From assembly GCA_016839815.1 (NCBI GenBank), contig JAEOTM010000047.1:1-64000 (forward strand): a DNA stretch of 64,000 nt. The letters are read 5' to 3'. Positions 60,940-64,000 of this stretch are shown here, one piece after another (position 1 is the stretch's first letter; each line of letters begins with the position of its first letter). This DNA is from Candidatus Hodarchaeota archaeon. Its GTDB lineage: Archaea > Asgardarchaeota > Heimdallarchaeia > Hodarchaeales > Hodarchaeaceae. Position numbers and translations under genes: made by a program. The notes under the pieces are model-generated. The model made no database searches, was not told where the DNA came from, and worked only from the letters and a program-made list of their open reading frames with translations.

Positions 60940-61842
60940 GTGGTCCACAACGTGAATACACCGTCCTCGCAAAAAACGTTTTTTCAAATGGTTCGAGGTC
61001 TTTTTATCCTAGGTAGACCAGTAGATGGAATTATAATTGGGTGTACCGCTGTTCTAGGAATGATAGTTGGCTTACACTCTGTTCCGTCTACATTTCAAAT
61101 AGTTCTCGGAATTTTGTGCGGTATTTTACTCCTCGCAGGAATGGATACCTTCAATGATTACCTGGATATCGAAATAGATAGTATGTCCAAACCATGGCGA
61201 CCACTACCAGCTGGAATTGTAGATCGTCAATTAGCATTACTAGCTGCGATCGTAGAAACCATAAGTGCATTTATTCTAGGTTATATCCTTTTTAACTATC
61301 AAGCAATTGTAATTGGTTTGGTAGCTGTTATCCTGGCGGTTGTATACTCAAAATGGTTAAAACCCATTTTCCTAGCAAAAAATGTTATAGTAGCATTTAG
61401 TTTATCCTTAACATTTCTAGGAGGGGCTTTAGCAGTAAATTCTACCCCAGTGATAGACAATACATTTCTTTTACTACAATCTCTTGTCTTTCTTACAGCG
61501 TTTACTTTTGAAATCCACAAAGATCTAGGAGATCTAGCTGGTGATAAAGATCATGATGTGACAACATTCCCAATTCGATTTGGAATGAGCAATACCGTTT
61601 GGTTTATTAACCTCTGTTATACCTTAGCATGGTGTATTGCTTTGTTATTCATATTCATTCTTGAAATAGATCTTTTTTATCTTATTATTGTTATGATAAC
61701 AGCAATATTATTGGCATTAGTGATGTATTTATTAATTAAAAATCCTGTAAAGTATATCGAATTGACTAGAAGAATCACAACCCTAGTAATGGGATTTATC
61801 CTACTTGGTTTAGCTCATATCTCATTATTGACTTATTCTTAA
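60940..61842 (+). CDS. UbiA-family prenyltransferase (DGGGP synthase-like)
   Basis: NDYLDIEID..KPWRPLPAG, KN, EIHKDLGDLAGD. Confidence 0.85.
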   Translation: MVHNVNTPSSQKTFFQMVRGLFILGRPVDGIIIGCTAVLGMIVGLHSVPSTFQIVLGILCGILLLAGMDTFNDYLDIEIDSMSKPWRPLPAGIVDRQLALLAAIVETISAFILGYILFNYQAIVIGLVAVILAVVYSKWLKPIFLAKNVIVAFSLSLTFLGGALAVNSTPVIDNTFLLLQSLVFLTAFTFEIHKDLGDLAGDKDHDVTTFPIRFGMSNTVWFINLCYTLAWCIALLFIFILEIDLFYLIIVMITAILLALVMYLLIKNPVKYIELTRRITTLVMGFILLGLAHISLLTYS

Positions 61843-61852
61843 CGTAAATTGC

Positions 61853-63307
61853 TCATTCTTTCTCCTTAATTCCTGACAGAAATTTCACAATAGCTTTTCT
61901 GGAATCCACATCATATTGCTTGAGAATGGCAATATCTTCCATAACAGGAGACCCACCTCCATGAACTCCAGCTACGGCAAATACACCACCTATCGAAGAG
62001 CATAATACCTCAGAAATAGATCTATAGAGTTTATAGACATCTTTAGCAGGAATATCAGCTTTGCGTTTGATATATTTTTGTAAAAGGGGACCAATCTTCT
62101 CTTCATCAAAAAAATCTCTCTCGAAAGGTAGGGTTGCGGGTAAACCACCTGATAAATCAGCTAGTATATCCATTTCATGATAATAATTCTTCCCAGCATG
62201 TTTTCTACCAACATTACAGAACATTGGGTCAGGAATCATTGTTCCACACTCATCCTTGGTTGCTTTATATGCAGCGGCAATACCACTGGCGTAAACTAAT
62301 TCAGCAACACTAATCAAATCTGCTAGTTTAGATTGGACATGTTTTTTATCTTCAATACCATTGTATTCACTCACAAGGGCAGAATACCCTAATATGATAT
62401 CTGTTGAGGAAGGTTTACATCCTGTATAGCTATGTCGATGGTACAAAGCAAAAAGAAGAGCTAACCAACCACCGAATTGATGTTCACCCTCATAACCTCC
62501 TAAAAACACTCGTTCATTAGGGATAAAAACATCATCAAAAACAACAGTGGTTTCAACATCCCCAAAAAAGCCAGCGGGGTAGGGATCAAACTCTGATTGC
62601 CTTTTTGATTCAGCACGTGTGACAAGATAAACACCTTCCCAGTCGCCCGGGATCGAAAATGCGACAGAATATTCATCCTCTTCAGGAGTGAGAAAACGAG
62701 TAGGAGTTACAATGATCTCTTCTGCAACAGAAGCAGCAGTAATATGGTGTTTAGCTCCTCTAACAACAATTCCATCCTCTCTATGTTCAATTACTCGTAA
62801 ATAAAGGTCGGGATCAGCCTGTTGATGTGGTCTTAAGGATCGATCACCTTTAGGATCAGTTTGAGCACAACAACCTACAGTATCATCCTCCTGCCAATGT
62901 CTTAACATTGCTAAGAATCGCTGATTGTAAGGTCTTTCAGTCATCATTTCTGCTCTAGCTGTTATAACTGATAAAGCATTCAATGCATCAACCCCCATAC
63001 ACCTAAATATACATCCACCCGTGTAATGACAAATTTCTCTGGTCAAATCTTGTTTCTTTAATAAATCATCTACTGATTGATGGATATGTGTGAATCTGTT
63101 GATTATTTTATCGGTTAAATGAGATTTGGCCACGATTAGATCCTTAAGATTTTTATCATCAACGCAATCAAATGTTTTACAAAGGACATTTATTGCACCT
63201 GCCAGTCTTGGATCATCTCTCCTGACCTGTTCTCCATTAATATAGACATTTGGTTTCATTTTGTATAATTGATCTTTATATTCTTGAGAGGTTTTCACTA
63301 GTTCCAC
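61853..63307 (-). CDS. 4-hydroxybutyryl-CoA dehydratase-like (AbfD/HpaB family)
   Basis: CIFRCMG and HRHSYTGCK Fe-S ligand motifs, TDPKGDRS, HGGGSP. Confidence 0.8.
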   Translation of the reverse strand: MELVKTSQEYKDQLYKMKPNVYINGEQVRRDDPRLAGAINVLCKTFDCVDDKNLKDLIVAKSHLTDKIINRFTHIHQSVDDLLKKQDLTREICHYTGGCIFRCMGVDALNALSVITARAEMMTERPYNQRFLAMLRHWQEDDTVGCCAQTDPKGDRSLRPHQQADPDLYLRVIEHREDGIVVRGAKHHITAASVAEEIIVTPTRFLTPEEDEYSVAFSIPGDWEGVYLVTRAESKRQSEFDPYPAGFFGDVETTVVFDDVFIPNERVFLGGYEGEHQFGGWLALLFALYHRHSYTGCKPSSTDIILGYSALVSEYNGIEDKKHVQSKLADLISVAELVYASGIAAAYKATKDECGTMIPDPMFCNVGRKHAGKNYYHEMDILADLSGGLPATLPFERDFFDEEKIGPLLQKYIKRKADIPAKDVYKLYRSISEVLCSSIGGVFAVAGVHGGGSPVMEDIAILKQYDVDSRKAIVKFLSGIKEKE

Positions 63308-63403
63308 AAGCCATTGTATAAATCTACTCTAGTAACCTAGAATTAATATTTTTTAAATCTTCAGGGGGATTTAACAATTGCCAAGATCCAGACTTGTCTA
63401 GGT

Positions 63404-63760
63404 GTGAAATTTATGCAAACTATAACGATAATTCTAAATGATGCTCCCTATGGATCTGAAAGATCCTATAATGGACTAAGAACAGCAATAGCCCTACAAA
63501 AGAAAGATACTCAAGTGAATGTATTTCTAATAGCGGATTCTGTATACTGTGGTCTAGGAGATCAATCAACTCCGGAAGGATATTATAATATTGGACGTAT
63601 GATCCGGGGTGTAACAACGAGGGGAAAAATCGGTTCATGTGGTGCATGTATGGATGCTAGAGGTCTTTCTAATCTTCAATTAATCAAAGGAGTACACAGA
63701 AGCTCAATGGCTGAATTAGCAGATTGGGTTCTATCCAGTGATAAAGTTATTACATTTTAA
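63404..63760 (+). CDS. DsrE/YchN-family protein
   Basis: APYGSERSYNGLR, CGACMDARG. Confidence 0.87.
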   Translation: MKFMQTITIILNDAPYGSERSYNGLRTAIALQKKDTQVNVFLIADSVYCGLGDQSTPEGYYNIGRMIRGVTTRGKIGSCGACMDARGLSNLQLIKGVHRSSMAELADWVLSSDKVITF

Positions 63761-63783
63761 TCCTAGATGCAAGCAGTTGATTA

Positions 63784-64000
63784 TTAAGTACTCATATGCT
63801 CTGTTCGATGGATAATCTCATTTTGCAATTCTATACCTAAGTTAACAAAGAGATCACTGTAGCCGGCAACTCTAACAATCAAATTTCTGTACTTTTCAGG
63901 ATTTTTCTGAGCATCCCGTAGAGTTTCCACAGATACAACATTAAATTGTATGTGATGACCATCCATCTTAAAATATGAACGTACAAGATGAGCTACTTTC
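63784..64000 (-). CDS. Glycyl radical enzyme, C-terminal end (HypD/PFL2-like); 5' part is outside the window
   Basis: The frame is open to the window edge: KVAHLVRSYFKMDGHHIQFNVV...LIVRVAGYS (glycyl radical motif). Confidence 0.88.
   Translation of the reverse strand, partial: KVAHLVRSYFKMDGHHIQFNVVSVETLRDAQKNPEKYRNLIVRVAGYSDLFVNLGIELQNEIIHRTEHMST

Noticed and set aside
532-63647. Numerous short antisense or nested ORFs in the ORF track
   Set aside because: They overlap well-supported genes on the opposite strand or frame and carry no motifs.
1-64000. CRISPR arrays, IS elements, integrases, tRNA or rRNA genes
   Set aside because: None recognised by eye. tRNAscan-SE or Infernal would be needed to exclude small RNAs.

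Overview
AT-rich archaeal DNA. The lineage looks Asgard-like (Heimdallarchaeia/Hodarchaeales type); this is inferred from PGF-type sorting tails, archaeal TyrRS, a form III-like RuBisCO and an MFS-longin-like fusion. The first ~24 kb (1-23944) is a coherent gene cluster. It holds a PadR regulator missed by the ORF track, a stand-alone PqqD/RRE protein, three TldD/TldE(PmbA) protease pairs, two tandem PA-M28 peptidases, an OPT transporter, a split MacB/FtsX-type ABC system, a CbiX-like chelatase, an FMN split-barrel protein, an SDR and two cell-anchored proteins. A conserved operator-like motif (GATATATC-N7-GATATATC, 15-bp period) occurs at five promoter regions of this cluster and links it into a probable regulon. 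This is the best candidate for an undescribed system. The remaining 40 kb is mixed metabolic, housekeeping and surface-protein genes: GH13 amylase, RNase D, methionine gamma-lyase, RuBisCO, a DNA methyltransferase with an altered motif, TyrRS, an M14 peptidase, GH130, two UbiA proteins, a 4-hydroxybutyryl-CoA dehydratase-like protein and the 3' end of a glycyl radical enzyme. I saw no rRNA, tRNA, CRISPR array or mobile element.
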